63,722 nt of DNA, filler included, from 9 parts of 9 records of this genome joined end to end with filler, not necessarily neighbours in it, one strand, 5' to 3'. Positions 29,580 to 40,467 are shown, numbered from the whole stretch's first letter. The notes: a model not told the origin generated them from the sequence alone. Made by a program: numbers and translations.

Positions 29580-30776
29580 TCAGAAGTCTTCCTCTTGGGT
29601 GTCTGCATTATCGGTGTGGCGGAAAGGTGAGTAGGTGCCGAGCAGTTCAATGTCATGTTCGACATGTTGCCGCTCACGGTTGAGATATTCGGCGACCGCT
29701 GCCGAGAAGCTTTCATTCTCGATCCAGTGTGCGCTGTAAGTTTTGGAGGGCAGGTAGCCGCGCGCCAATTTGTGTTCGCCCTGCGCGCCCGCCTCCACAC
29801 GTTTGAGGCCGTGCGCGATGGCAAAGTCGATGGCCTGATAGTAGCAGCATTCGAAATGCAGGAACGGATGGTTCTCTATAGCGCCCCAGTTGCGTCCGAA
29901 CAGAACTTCGGAGCCGATGAAGTTCAATGCGCCCGCTATCATTTGCCCGTTGCGTTTGGCCATGATCAGCAAAGTGTCATCGGGCATGCGTTCATTGATC
30001 AGGCTGAAGAATTCCCGCGTCAGATAGGGGGTGCCCCATTTGCGTTGGCCTGTATCCATATAGAATTCGTAGAATGCATCCCAATGGGCTTCTGTGAGAT
30101 CTGATCCCGTCACCCATTCGACTTCAATGCCGTTGCTTAAAGCCTTTTCGCGTTCCTTGCGGATCATCTTGCGTTTGCGGGACGAGAGATCGGCGAGAAA
30201 GTCGTCGAAGCTTTTGTAGTTTTTGTTGTGCCAGTGGAACTGTTGATCATTGCGCAGCAGCAGTCCGTGCTCGCCGAGCATCTTCCATTGACGTTCCGGC
30301 AGAAACGTAAAATGCAGCGACGACACATGGCTACGTCGCGCAACTTCGATGGCGGCTGCAAGCAATTGCTCTTCGGCTGCCGCGCGACCAGCGCCGGGTT
30401 TTGTCAGCAGGCGAGGACCTGTCGCCGGTGTAAAAGGTACCGAGACTTGCAGCTTTGGATAATAACTGCCGCCAGCGCGCTCAAATGCATCCGCCCAGCC
30501 ATGGTCGAAGACATATTCGCCGCGGCTATGGCTCTTGATATACATCGGCATGCAACCGGCAAGCTCACCCGCTGCATCCTCGAAAAGCAGATGGTAAGGC
30601 ATCCAGCCGGTGCGTCGTGTCGCCGATCCGCTTTCCTCCAAGGCATGAAGAAAGGCATGTGACAGGAATGGATTGTAAGCCTCGCCACCAGGGTTTGCGC
30701 AAGCGTCCCACTGTGCCGGATCAACGGCACGCAGACCTTGCGCGACTTTTATGATGGCCTGTTCGGCGTCACCCAT
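29580..30776 (-). CDS. GNAT/FemAB-like protein (DUF482-type)
   Basis: KSHSRGEYVFDHGWA, YYPKL, PFTP, LHFECCYY, EAGAQGEHK. Confidence 0.88.
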   Translation of the reverse strand: MGDAEQAIIKVAQGLRAVDPAQWDACANPGGEAYNPFLSHAFLHALEESGSATRRTGWMPYHLLFEDAAGELAGCMPMYIKSHSRGEYVFDHGWADAFERAGGSYYPKLQVSVPFTPATGPRLLTKPGAGRAAAEEQLLAAAIEVARRSHVSSLHFTFLPERQWKMLGEHGLLLRNDQQFHWHNKNYKSFDDFLADLSSRKRKMIRKEREKALSNGIEVEWVTGSDLTEAHWDAFYEFYMDTGQRKWGTPYLTREFFSLINERMPDDTLLIMAKRNGQMIAGALNFIGSEVLFGRNWGAIENHPFLHFECCYYQAIDFAIAHGLKRVEAGAQGEHKLARGYLPSKTYSAHWIENESFSAAVAEYLNRERQHVEHDIELLGTYSPFRHTDNADTQEEDF

Positions 30777-30788
30777 TTTGTTCTGCTC

Positions 30789-31256
30789 TTATTCGATCTC
30801 GAAAATAGCTTCCACTTCCACTGCAATATCGACAGGCAGGCTTGGAGCGGAGACGGCGGAGCGGGCATGGCGACCGGCATCGCCGAATATCTCGACCATC
30901 ACATCTGACGCGCCATTGATGACAAATGGTTGCTGGTTGAATTCGGGCGTGGAATTGACGAAGCCTAATAGCTTTACTACGCGTTTGACGCGATCAAGAT
31001 CGCCGTCCACCGCATTCTTCAACTGGGCAATCACATTGAGCGCTGTCAGGCGAGCGGCGGCTTTGCCCTGATCCACATCGAAATCGCGGCCAAGCTTGCC
31101 TGCATATTCGACGCCTTTAGGACCCATCGGGCCTTGGCCGGAGATGAAGACGAGATTGCCTGTAATCACGAATGGCACGTAATTGGCGACTGGAGATGCA
31201 GCCTGAGGCAGCGTGATACCAAGCTCTTTCAGTCTCGCATCGATCCGTCCGGTCAT
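30789..31256 (-). CDS. RidA/YjgF-family protein
   Basis: ANYVP, ISGQ, NGASD, GRHARSAV; GGAGA RBS before ATG 31256. Confidence 0.9.
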   Translation of the reverse strand: MTGRIDARLKELGITLPQAASPVANYVPFVITGNLVFISGQGPMGPKGVEYAGKLGRDFDVDQGKAAARLTALNVIAQLKNAVDGDLDRVKRVVKLLGFVNSTPEFNQQPFVINGASDVMVEIFGDAGRHARSAVSAPSLPVDIAVEVEAIFEIE

Positions 31257-31364
31257 GTTTAAGTTCTCCAATATTGGCCTGTATCGTGGCTTTGATTTGC
31301 GTTTATATCTAGCATAAGTGACATGCGGGGGCGAAGCTTCCGGACCAGCAGCTTGGAGAAAGTT

Positions 31365-32408
31365 ATGAAGAGTTCGACGCGTACACCGGCCGATGACGGG
31401 CTATTCATGCCTGCTGAATGGGAGCCGCATGCGCGTTGCTGGATGCAATGGCCAACACGGGGTGATGTTTGGGGCGAGCAATTGCCCAATGCCTATATGG
31501 CCTATGCCAATGTCGCTCGCGCGATTTCAGAATTTGAACCTGTCTCGATGGTTTGCCGTCCCGAAGACGAGGCGCAGGCGCGTTTGGCCTGTGGGCGTGA
31601 TATCGAGATCGTGCCTTTCGCGATTGATGATTCATGGGCGCGCGATTCCGGCCCGATCTTTGTGACAGATGGCGAAGGTCATGTTGCGGGTGTGCATTGG
31701 CGGTTCAATGCCTGGGGGAATTCCTACTTTCCCTATGACAAAGATGCGAAAGTTGGCGGTCTTATTCTAGAACGTCTCAAGATGCGCCGCTTCGATGGCC
31801 CCATGATCCTTGAAGGTGGATCTATTTGTGTCGACGGATACGGCACATTGCTGACTACCGAACAATGTCTGTTTAATGAAAACCGAAACCCCGAACTGAC
31901 GCGGCAGCAGATCGAAGAGCGGCTGGCTTTGCATCTTGGGGTACGGCGGATCATCTGGCTGGATCAGGGGCTTGAAGATGACGAGACCGACGGTCATGTC
32001 GATATGATCTGCTGTTTTGCCGGACCAGGTCGAGTTCTGCTGCATATGCCGGAAGACAAAAACGATCTCAACTGGAAGCGTATGCAGGACAATAAGGCAC
32101 GTCTGGAGGCGGCCAAGGATGCGCGGGGCAAGAAGCTCGAGATCATCGAGGTGCCGCAACCTCGCATCAATCTGAAGCGGGATGACGGGAGGCGACTTTC
32201 GACGTCCTATGTGAATTTCTATATCGCCAACGGTGGCATCGTGATGCCGTCATTCAATGATCCGAATGATGATATCGCACGCGGCATTATCGCGGAGGCA
32301 TTTCCTGATCGGAAAGTTGTGCAGGTGCCGTCACTCGATATTGCCGAAGGTGGCGGGGTTATTCATTGCATCACACAGCAGCAACCAGTTGGCGAAGCAT
32401 TGGCCTGA
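31365..32408 (+). CDS. aguA: Agmatine deiminase family
   Basis: MPAEWEPH, DSWARD, EGGS, TDGHVD, SYVNF, GGGVIHCITQQ. Confidence 0.9.
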   Translation: MKSSTRTPADDGLFMPAEWEPHARCWMQWPTRGDVWGEQLPNAYMAYANVARAISEFEPVSMVCRPEDEAQARLACGRDIEIVPFAIDDSWARDSGPIFVTDGEGHVAGVHWRFNAWGNSYFPYDKDAKVGGLILERLKMRRFDGPMILEGGSICVDGYGTLLTTEQCLFNENRNPELTRQQIEERLALHLGVRRIIWLDQGLEDDETDGHVDMICCFAGPGRVLLHMPEDKNDLNWKRMQDNKARLEAAKDARGKKLEIIEVPQPRINLKRDDGRRLSTSYVNFYIANGGIVMPSFNDPNDDIARGIIAEAFPDRKVVQVPSLDIAEGGGVIHCITQQQPVGEALA

Positions 32409-32422
32409 CCGGCTGATTTTCA

Positions 32423-33139
32423 TCAGCCGTTTATAATCATGCGGGCCGCCGCGCTGCCTTTGTTTTTGTCGGCATACATGGCACGGTCGGCGCGAGCCAT
32501 GAGGCTTTCGGCTGTGGATGCACCGTCATAAGCCGCCATTCCGAGGCTGGCGCGAATTGTGATCTTGCCTGTGGTGGACTTGACCGAAAGTTTGTTTAGG
32601 CCACGAACGATCTGGCGGGCACGTTCTCTTGCCGGCTTGTGTTCGGCGCGTACAAAAAGAATGACAAATTCATCGCCGCCAATTCTGGCTGCGTAGTCTG
32701 TTGCGCGAACGCTTTTCTGAAGATGGCGTCCAACAGCGGTAAGCACCTCATCCCCTTTGGTGTGACCATGGCTGTCGTTGATCCCTTTGAAGTTGTCGAG
32801 ATCGATATAGGCAAGGATCCCGCTTTCGTCATAGCGGGCCGCACTCATGAGATTGCGTTGCATAACGTTGTCAAAGCCGCGGCGATTGAGCAGACCGGTC
32901 AATTCATCTGTGATTGCCATGTTCTCAAGATGCGCAATGCGAGCATTGAGGTCGCGAATACGTTGCTCTGCTTCCGCTGCGTAGCTCAAGGCACCGGCTA
33001 GAAGACGGTCGGGTCGGGCGATTAGCCCTTCATCACTGACAAAATGCCGAAACCTAGTTGTCGGGTCGTCTCCGACAACATGTATCGCATCCATTTTCAG
33101 GTCAGACGGCGCGTCGACAGCTGTTTTTTCAATATTCAT
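32423..33139 (-). CDS. Soluble diguanylate cyclase (coiled-coil + GGDEF)
   Basis: TDELTGLLNRRGF, DLDNFK, RATD I-site, intact GGDEF. Confidence 0.92.
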   Translation of the reverse strand: MNIEKTAVDAPSDLKMDAIHVVGDDPTTRFRHFVSDEGLIARPDRLLAGALSYAAEAEQRIRDLNARIAHLENMAITDELTGLLNRRGFDNVMQRNLMSAARYDESGILAYIDLDNFKGINDSHGHTKGDEVLTAVGRHLQKSVRATDYAARIGGDEFVILFVRAEHKPARERARQIVRGLNKLSVKSTTGKITIRASLGMAAYDGASTAESLMARADRAMYADKNKGSAAARMIING

Positions 33140-33180
33140 ATCACTACCCCAGTGCCCAATTCTTTGGTTAGGGAGAGTTT

Positions 33181-33283
33181 TGCAAGCCGCTTGCCAACTG
33201 CATTAACTTTAAAAATCAATCACTTAACTATCTTTTTTCGGGACACTCCCGGCAAATTTTGCCCATATACGAAAGTATTGCCG
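33181..33283 (-). promoter_or_regulatory. Sigma54 promoter with IHF site and ftr-like enhancer
   Basis: TGGCAAGCGGCTTGCA (33196-33181, minus); AATCAATCACTTA matching WATCAANNNNTTR (33214-33226); palindrome GGCAAA-T-TTTGCC (33251-33263). Confidence 0.72.
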
Positions 33284-33307
33284 ATGCTACTTTGTGTTAG
33301 CAGGCAG

Positions 33308-34261
33308 CTATTTCACAATGTCGCGGGGCTGCTGATTTGCAAAAAACTGATCCAGATTGTCGAGTGCGCGAAAACCCATTGCGTTGCGTGTCTCGCTTGT
33401 GGCGCTGCCGAGGTGGGGCAATAGGAACGCGTTTGGCAGATTCCGATAATGTGGGTGAATGCGAGGTTCATTGTTAAAGACATCGAGTCCGATGGCGCTT
33501 AAGTGACCCCGATCCAATGCGGAGATCAACGCATCATCATCGATAATGTCGCCGCGTGCTGTGTTCACCACAATTGCGCCTTTTGGTAAGAGAGCCAATG
33601 TGCGGGCATTGATGAGACCACGGGTTTCCGGCGTCGACGCGCAGTTGATCGATAGAATATCCGAATGAGAAAGAAGGCTGTCGAGCGTCGCGTGATATTG
33701 TGAATTCACCTGATCAGTGACTTCCCGGCGGTTGTGATAGTGAATGGCCATACCAAAGGACCTTGCGCGGTCTGCGACAGCTTGGCCGATCCGCCCCATG
33801 CCCAGAATGCCGAGCCGCTTACCAGCCAGTGACACACCCAACATTCCGGTTGGTGACCAGTTTAGCCATGTGTTCTCGCGTATCGCGGACATGCCAGATG
33901 CCGCGCCGCGTGCCGCGCCCAGCATGAGGAGGAGGGCGATTTCGGCGGTCGCATCGGTCAGAACATTAGGTGTATTGGTGACCAGAATATTTCGCTCTTG
34001 GGCGGCTTTGACATCAATATGGTCTGTTCCGACAGAGAAGCTTGCAATTATTCGGATTGAGGTTGGTAATTGTCCGATGGTCTGTTGATCAAGCCTGTCG
34101 GTGACAGTTGCCAGAATAGCGTCATGATTTTGAGCTTTCGAGGCAAGGGTGGTTTGATCCCAAATTGTATCGTTCTCGTTTTCTGTGAGATCATAGGTTT
34201 GTTTGGCCCGAGAAATAACTGCTTCGGGCAGTCGACGGGTTACGAGGAGTTTAGGTTTCAT
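33308..34261 (-). CDS. D-2-hydroxyacid dehydrogenase (glyoxylate/hydroxypyruvate reductase-like)
   Basis: NTPNVLT, GMGRIG, NTARG, DVFNNEP, PHLGSAT. Confidence 0.92.
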   Translation of the reverse strand: MKPKLLVTRRLPEAVISRAKQTYDLTENENDTIWDQTTLASKAQNHDAILATVTDRLDQQTIGQLPTSIRIIASFSVGTDHIDVKAAQERNILVTNTPNVLTDATAEIALLLMLGAARGAASGMSAIRENTWLNWSPTGMLGVSLAGKRLGILGMGRIGQAVADRARSFGMAIHYHNRREVTDQVNSQYHATLDSLLSHSDILSINCASTPETRGLINARTLALLPKGAIVVNTARGDIIDDDALISALDRGHLSAIGLDVFNNEPRIHPHYRNLPNAFLLPHLGSATSETRNAMGFRALDNLDQFFANQQPRDIVK

Positions 34262-34411
34262 ATTTTGCTCCTATGCCCGGCGATTGCCGTAATATTCTCA
34301 CGAAGTTGGAATAGATGGTTACAGGTTTAGCCCAGGTGCCTGCGACAACAAAGTTGCGACTTTAGGTTTGCCCGTGGGGCTGCTGGAGTTCGGTGACAAG
34401 TGAGAAATAAT

Positions 34412-35293
34412 ATGCGGCAAAGCTTTATGCGACCAGTTGCAGTTATACTTGGTCTGACAATTCTATTTTCCGGGGTCCTTGTTGGTTCTGTTTTTCTTTC
34501 AAGCAAGGTGCTGAGGATAGCGCAGATGACGCTGCCTCAGCCTCACCGCGCTATTTATGATCTGGAACTTGACCATGCGTCTGGTGCAAGCGGCATTGTG
34601 AGTCTGGACGGGCGCATGGTGGTTGAGTGGCGCGGTGGTGCGGCTTGTGATGGTTTTACTTCAGAGCAACGAGTTGTGACAAGAACGCGTGATGATCAGG
34701 GAGCTATTTCGACAAGTGATGTGCGGCTCAGCACATGGGAGTCGCTGGACGGAAATGAGTTCCGCTATGACCGCGGTGAATATCTCGACGGTGAGCTCGC
34801 GACGCACGAATTCGGTGTAGCGAAACGACAGGATGGTCTTGTCGTTCTCGTGCCGGATGAAGGGGAGCCAATGGAGCTTCCAGTAAATGTTATGTTTCCT
34901 AGTGCCTATAATGCAGCTCTTGCTAAAGCCGGGCGGAAGGGAAGTCGATCATTGGTGGCAATTCTGTTTGATGGCGCTCAGTCGTCGGCCAGTGATGTCA
35001 CTGCATTTCTGGGTAAACCCAACTTCCCAAGAAATGGCGCAGTGAATGCACCAAATAAAGGGGCGGATATTGGGGTTGCTCTGATGGATATGAAACCGCA
35101 GCCGGTTCATATGAGCTATTTTGATGCAGATGGCGTTCACCAAGCGAATGCCGCTGATGCATTGCCGAATTTCGAAATGGACTATCAGCTTTTTCCAAAT
35201 GGTGTAATGGATGAGTTAAAGCTCTTGTATGGCGATGTAGTTATTCGCGGAACAATGAAATCGCTTGAATATTTTTCGTCCGGCGGCTGCTAG
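34412..35293 (+). CDS. eipB: Cell-envelope integrity protein EipB (DUF1849)
   Basis: PHRAIYDLEL, GRMVVEW..ACDGF, terminal Cys; start codon uncertain (34400-34427). Confidence 0.75.
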   Translation: MRQSFMRPVAVILGLTILFSGVLVGSVFLSSKVLRIAQMTLPQPHRAIYDLELDHASGASGIVSLDGRMVVEWRGGAACDGFTSEQRVVTRTRDDQGAISTSDVRLSTWESLDGNEFRYDRGEYLDGELATHEFGVAKRQDGLVVLVPDEGEPMELPVNVMFPSAYNAALAKAGRKGSRSLVAILFDGAQSSASDVTAFLGKPNFPRNGAVNAPNKGADIGVALMDMKPQPVHMSYFDADGVHQANAADALPNFEMDYQLFPNGVMDELKLLYGDVVIRGTMKSLEYFSSGGC

Positions 35294-35294
35294 T

Positions 35295-36593
35295 TTATTT
35301 TTTTGGTGGTTTTGCTGCATGGGGCTCTGGCTTGAGGCCGCGTCCTTTGATGATTGCGCCTGTCCCAAAGCGAGCGCGCACGCGGTCCATGGCGCGTTCG
35401 GCGTCAGCCCGTCTTGTCGCTTCTGGATTCAGCATGTCTGGCGGATCGGCAAACTCGGCTTCGGAAAGATGTGAAATTCCGATACCTAGTAAACGGAATG
35501 CTGTGCCGTCAGCTTCCTTGAGCAAGAGCGGGGCACCCACGCGATAAATGACTTCAGCTAATTGGGTGGGATCCGGCAATGTGACGCTGCGTGTCCGGCT
35601 TTTAAAATCGGATGTTTTTAGTTTCAACGTCACGGTCTGACCCGATTTCATTGTTGCCTTAGCGCGTGCGGCAACCTTCTCGCAGAGGGGCCATAGCTTT
35701 TGTCGCAATTGTTCGGCGCTGGAAATGTCGTCGAAAAAGGTCGTTTCCGCAGAGATACTTTTCGTGATGTTTTTGCCGGAGACATTCCGGTCGTCCATGC
35801 CGCGCGACAATCGCCAGAGGCGGCGCCCCATAACGCCATAACGGGCCATCAGGTCGTTTTCTTCCATAGTCTGTAGTTGACGGATGCGGGTCAGTCCGTC
35901 CCGTGCAAGCTTAGCTTCGAATGCCTTCCCGACACCCCATATCAATGAAATGGGTTTCGGGGCCAGAAACGCGAATGCTTCCTTTTCGCCGATCACCGAA
36001 TAACCACGTGGCTTGTCCATGTCCGAAGCGATTTTTGCAAGGAACTTGCAATAGCTCAGGCCAACGGAAACCGTGATGCCGATTTCTCTTTCTATCTGCA
36101 TTTGAAGCCGCGCAATCGTAATGGCGGGTGATGCGTGATGCAGTCGGTTTGTACCGGTGAGATCCAGGAAGGCTTCGTCAATTGAAAGAGGTTCGACCAA
36201 TGGTGTTAGGTCGCGCATCATTTGTCGGACTTCACGTCCGACACGACCATATTTTTCCATGTCCGGTTTGATAACCTCTGCCTCAGGGCATGCCTGAAGG
36301 GCTTTGAACATTGGCATTGCAGAGCGCACGCCGCGTATGCGAGCGATATAGCAGCAAGTAGAAACAACGCCCCGCTTGCCACCGCCGATTATGACCGGCT
36401 TGTCAGCCAATTCTGGATTATCGCGTTTTTCGACCGACGCGTAAAAAGCATCACAATCGAGGTGCGCGATGTTGAGTGCATGTAATTCAGGGTGTCTGGC
36501 GAGGCGAGGTCTGTTGCATGACGGGCATCGCTTCGCTGTGGCAGGTACATCTGCATAACAATCCCGACAAAATCCGGCGACTTCGTCAGCCAC
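35295..36593 (-). CDS. dinB: DNA polymerase IV with N-terminal Cys4 ribbon
   Basis: FCRDC...[33 protein letters not shown]. Confidence 0.95.
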   Translation of the reverse strand: MADEVAGFCRDCYADVPATAKRCPSCNRPRLARHPELHALNIAHLDCDAFYASVEKRDNPELADKPVIIGGGKRGVVSTCCYIARIRGVRSAMPMFKALQACPEAEVIKPDMEKYGRVGREVRQMMRDLTPLVEPLSIDEAFLDLTGTNRLHHASPAITIARLQMQIEREIGITVSVGLSYCKFLAKIASDMDKPRGYSVIGEKEAFAFLAPKPISLIWGVGKAFEAKLARDGLTRIRQLQTMEENDLMARYGVMGRRLWRLSRGMDDRNVSGKNITKSISAETTFFDDISSAEQLRQKLWPLCEKVAARAKATMKSGQTVTLKLKTSDFKSRTRSVTLPDPTQLAEVIYRVGAPLLLKEADGTAFRLLGIGISHLSEAEFADPPDMLNPEATRRADAERAMDRVRARFGTGAIIKGRGLKPEPHAAKPPKK

Positions 36594-36599
36594 AATTGT

Positions 36600-37499
36600 T
36601 CACCTGTCTGGCCAGAGCCATGCTGCGCCACGCACACCACTGGAGTCACCATGTTTGTTGCGTAGCAGTTTCGTTTCCACGGAGTCGGAAAAGACATAGC
36701 TGCCCCAGCGTGCAGTTATTTCGTCGTAGATTTCGTCGATATTCGACATGCCACCGCCAAGCACGATGACATGTGGGTCGAGCAAATTGATGACATGAGA
36801 AAGCGCGCGGGCAACGCGGTCTGAGTAACGCCGGATCGCCGATTTGGCGGGACGATGGCCATTTCGGGCAAGGGCTGCAATTTCTGCTGCCGTTAGTTTT
36901 TCGTTTTCTGTGGTTTCATATTCGGTCTCGAAGGCCGGCCCCGAGCACCAACTTTCGACGCAGCCTTCTTTACCGCAATAGCATCTCGGTCCGGGAAACT
37001 CATCAGGAAGGATGCGGGGCAACGGATTGTGACCCCATTCACCTGCGATTCCGTTTGGACCAGAAAGCAATGACCCGTTGATCACGATACCGCCGCCGAC
37101 ACCCGTCCCGAGAATGACGCCGAACACGCTTGGCAAGCCCGCGCCAGCGCCGTCTGTGGCCTCAGAGAGTGCGAAGCAATCCGCATCATTGGCAAGGCGT
37201 ACGGGGCGCCCCAGCGCGGCAGAAATATCTTCGTTGAATGGCATGTGGTTGAGACAAGTGCTGTTAGAATTTTTCACGCGACCGGTCACTTGAGAAAGTG
37301 TGCCGGGCATGCCGATACCTACTGAGCCTTGTTTGGACGTTTCTTTTTCGAGCGCAAATATAATATCGCGTACGGCTGTGACCGTCGCGGTGTAGTCACC
37401 TCTAGGTGTCGGGACCCGTTTGCGGGCGAGTTCGTTTCCATTTTTGTCGAGGGCGACACCTTCGATTTTGGTGCCTCCGAGGTCGATTCCTATGCGCAT
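36600..37499 (-). CDS. ROK-family sugar kinase (fructokinase-like)
   Basis: GIDLGGTK, NDADC, GTGVGGG, GEWGH, CYCGKEGCVE. Confidence 0.92.
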   Translation of the reverse strand: MRIGIDLGGTKIEGVALDKNGNELARKRVPTPRGDYTATVTAVRDIIFALEKETSKQGSVGIGMPGTLSQVTGRVKNSNSTCLNHMPFNEDISAALGRPVRLANDADCFALSEATDGAGAGLPSVFGVILGTGVGGGIVINGSLLSGPNGIAGEWGHNPLPRILPDEFPGPRCYCGKEGCVESWCSGPAFETEYETTENEKLTAAEIAALARNGHRPAKSAIRRYSDRVARALSHVINLLDPHVIVLGGGMSNIDEIYDEITARWGSYVFSDSVETKLLRNKHGDSSGVRGAAWLWPDR

Positions 37500-37511
37500 A
37501 TTTTTTCTCGT

Positions 37512-38219
37512 TTAGAATCCGGCTCTATCCAGATGCCCGGATATGAACGCATGGGCTTCCGCCCATTCACTTGTATGAAAATGACTGTCAGGTGCCTGAC
37601 CCATCAGTTTAGCCAAACGCTTGTCTGCAATGAAGTGCAAGAGAGTGCAGTCCTCATGAGCTTTGGCTACAGATGCGATGTTGTGAGGTATGTCGTCGAG
37701 AAAAAATGTCGGTGCTGAAACTTTATCCGACAAAAGCTTGACTGCAGCCCCCTTCAGCCCCCGGTTCGCGATGACGGGGTATGGCATATCCTTTTCCGCC
37801 AGATTGCGAGAGCGTGCTTCCTTTTCCGAGATTGGAACGTTGGTTAGCACCACAATTTGCGCTCGAGCGGACAGGTCGCGAAGGGCTTCGGAAGCACCTG
37901 CAACAGGCAAGAGGGAGCCGGTCGAGGTTTGGAAGAAGCCTTGCATCAATTCGGGCATGGCTGCGCTGGCCAGCGGTTCATTATTGTCGCGCCGTTTGAT
38001 GTTGCCCGTAAGCGCATAGCTTTGAAGATCAAGCCACAGACCTTGTGTTTCCAGATAGGATTCCAGACCAACTAGAAACTGCATCAGCACTTCGTCGCAA
38101 TCTGTGATGATGAGTGGGCGTCCATGGATGAGGTCGAGCGCTTCGATCTGGGGTAGAACATTTTCGTCAAGCGCCTGCGGGTCAAGACTTGCCATTTGAG
38201 TGGCGACAGGTTTGCTCAT
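37512..38219 (-). CDS. HAD-superfamily hypothetical protein
   Basis: DCDEVL, VLTN, KG, FLDD; ATGA coupling with the upstream gene. Confidence 0.75.
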   Translation of the reverse strand: MSKPVATQMASLDPQALDENVLPQIEALDLIHGRPLIITDCDEVLMQFLVGLESYLETQGLWLDLQSYALTGNIKRRDNNEPLASAAMPELMQGFFQTSTGSLLPVAGASEALRDLSARAQIVVLTNVPISEKEARSRNLAEKDMPYPVIANRGLKGAAVKLLSDKVSAPTFFLDDIPHNIASVAKAHEDCTLLHFIADKRLAKLMGQAPDSHFHTSEWAEAHAFISGHLDRAGF

Positions 38220-38494
38220 GTCCAATGTACCTCTTGGCCGCCTGGCAGCATTTTGCGGGCCATGCCGGGCATTTCGGGGCGCAGATTTGCCGTTTCGCAA
38301 AAAGCCAGGAGGCGCTGATCATCCATCATGATGAAATCTAGTACACCACCCAGAATTTCGGGGTCTGCCGCTCTAGCTTTTAGCTCGTTTGGAGCAAGTC
38401 CGCACAGGTCCACAAAAGCAAAAAGTAAATCTTCTTCTGCCGCAATATGGCCTAAGGCTTGTATAGCGATCAGCTCAGCCTGATCAGCGTTCAT
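38216..38494 (-). CDS. DUF3572-family protein
   Basis: AELIAIQAL...LGGVLDF...LPGG; usual position divergent from divK. Confidence 0.75.
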   Translation of the reverse strand: MNADQAELIAIQALGHIAAEEDLLFAFVDLCGLAPNELKARAADPEILGGVLDFIMMDDQRLLAFCETANLRPEMPGMARKMLPGGQEVHWT

Positions 38495-38585
38495 TTGATC
38501 CTCCCGAGGCGCTTTTGGTGTTTTCCACAGGCCTCAACACTAATTCTGTCGCTTTCCTACCAAATAGAGCGGGTCTTATGGGCAG

Positions 38586-38603
38586 GTTAAATACTTAGTT
38601 AAC
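38586..38603. promoter_or_regulatory. Imperfect CtrA-like site upstream of divK
   Basis: GTTAAATACTTAGTTAAC: TTAA-N8-TTAAC, or TAAA-N7-TTAAC, against consensus TTAA-N7-TTAAC. Confidence 0.5.
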
Positions 38604-38720
38604 GATATTGGAGTGATATAGGCACAACGAGGCTTGGGAATCATCTCCGGCTTTGATCTTACCAGTCTTGAAGCGCGCCGGACGGACTCGGCAACAGTGG
38701 GGTTCTGGAGCATGGATGCG

Positions 38721-39086
38721 ATGACCAAAAAAGTGCTGATCGTCGAGGACAATGAGCTGAACATGAAGCTCTTCCATGATCTTCTGGATGCTCATGGCTA
38801 TGAAACGCTTCAAACGCGCGATGGTATCGAGGCGTTGGAGATTGCACGTAAGAATCGTCCTGACCTTATTCTCATGGATATTCAGCTTCCCGAGGTATCC
38901 GGTCTCGAAGTCACAAAGTGGATCAAAGAAGACGATAGTCTTCGTTCGATCCCGGTTGTGGCCGTTACTGCCTTCGCTATGAAGGGTGACGAGGAAAAAA
39001 TCAGGGAGGGTGGGTGTGAGGCCTATATCTCCAAGCCAATTTCGGTAACACAGTTTCTGGAGACCGTTCAGCGTTTCCTGAGGTAA
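38721..39086 (+). CDS. divK: Cell-cycle single-domain response regulator DivK
   Basis: [38 protein letters not shown]. Confidence 0.96.
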   Translation: MTKKVLIVEDNELNMKLFHDLLDAHGYETLQTRDGIEALEIARKNRPDLILMDIQLPEVSGLEVTKWIKEDDSLRSIPVVAVTAFAMKGDEEKIREGGCEAYISKPISVTQFLETVQRFLR

Positions 39087-39096
39087 GGGCAGAACT

Positions 39097-40467
39097 GTGA
39101 CGGCACGTGTACTTATTGTCGATGACGTTCCCGCTAATTTGAAGCTTTTGGACGCCAAGCTGACCGCCGAATATTTCGGTGTGCTCAAAGCTGCGTCTGG
39201 ACCGGAAGCCATCGAAGTTGCAACCCGTGAATTGCCGGACATCATCCTGCTTGATGTGATGATGCCGGGGATGGATGGGTTTGAGGTTTGCCGCCGCCTG
39301 AAAGGCGCGCCGGAAACTGAACATATTCCCATTGTGATGGTGACCGCGCTCGATCAGACGAAAGATCGCGTGCAGGGCCTTGAAGCTGGTGCGGATGATT
39401 TTCTGACAAAGCCGGTCAATGATCTTGCGCTATTTGCGCGTGTCAAAAGTCTTGTGCGCCTGAAAATGGTGACTGACGAACTGCGCATGCGTGAGGCGAC
39501 AGGACAGCGTATTGGCGCACTTGTGGGAACCAGTGCCGAACGGATGCTGATGACCGAGCCGGGCCGTGTGCTTGTGATCGATGATCGGCCGACGTCGCTT
39601 AAGCGCATGTCTGAAGCCCTTGCCATCGAGCATATGGTGACTGTGGCTGAATCGCCCGATGATATGATGCATCTAGCGACAATCGGTGATTACGATCTCT
39701 TGATCGTCAGCTTGACCCTCTCTGATTATGACGGTCTGCGTCTTTGCTCGCAGTTGCGTTCATTAGAAAATACCCGACAGACGCCATTGCTGGCGATTGT
39801 GGAGGAGGGTGATACGCCGCGCCTTGTTCGTGCCCTTGATATGGGGGTAAACGATTATCTGGTGCGTCCGGTGGACCGGAACGAGCTAGTTGCTCGCTGT
39901 CGCACGCAGCTGCGACGCAAGCGGTTTCAGGACTATTTGCGTGAGAAGTTCCAGCAAGGGCTTGAGCTCGCGATTACCGATAGCCTGACGGGGCTCTATA
40001 ACCGTCGCTATATGGAGAGTCATCTTTCGGCAATGGTTGATGATGGTTTGCAGACAGCGAAGCCTGTTTCGCTGCTGATCTTCGATATCGATTTTTTCAA
40101 AGCCGTCAACGACACCTATGGTCATGGCGCTGGAGACACTGTGCTGAAGGAGTTTGCGCAACGGATATCGCAGAATGTGCGCGGGGTAGACTTGGCGTGT
40201 CGTTTGGGCGGTGAAGAGTTTGTTGTTGTGATGCCGGATACGGATGTCCAGTACGCTGTAATGGTCGCAGAGCGCTTGCGCCAGCGGATTGGTGAGAACA
40301 CTTTCAAGATCGACGAAAATCTTGAGATCAATGTCACCGTCAGCATTGGCATCGCCGTCGTCGAGGGAGACTGCAATACGGCCGAGAAGTTGCTCGAAAA
40401 AGCAGACGCAGCCCTATATCGTGCAAAACGTGACGGTCGTAACAGGGTTGTTGCTGAGGCTGCCTAA
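39097..40467 (+). CDS. pleD: PleD response regulator diguanylate cyclase
   Basis: REC-REC-GGEEF; RGVD I-site; follows divK. Confidence 0.96.
   Translation: MTARVLIVDDVPANLKLLDAKLTAEYFGVLKAASGPEAIEVATRELPDIILLDVMMPGMDGFEVCRRLKGAPETEHIPIVMVTALDQTKDRVQGLEAGADDFLTKPVNDLALFARVKSLVRLKMVTDELRMREATGQRIGALVGTSAERMLMTEPGRVLVIDDRPTSLKRMSEALAIEHMVTVAESPDDMMHLATIGDYDLLIVSLTLSDYDGLRLCSQLRSLENTRQTPLLAIVEEGDTPRLVRALDMGVNDYLVRPVDRNELVARCRTQLRRKRFQDYLREKFQQGLELAITDSLTGLYNRRYMESHLSAMVDDGLQTAKPVSLLIFDIDFFKAVNDTYGHGAGDTVLKEFAQRISQNVRGVDLACRLGGEEFVVVMPDTDVQYAVMVAERLRQRIGENTFKIDENLEINVTVSIGIAVVEGDCNTAEKLLEKADAALYRAKRDGRNRVVAEAA

Noticed and set aside
35295-36593. Cys4 ribbon on DinB as a novelty, or a link to the imu operon
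   Set aside because: This N-terminus is usual in alphaproteobacterial DinB; different contig, and no LexA box seen upstream
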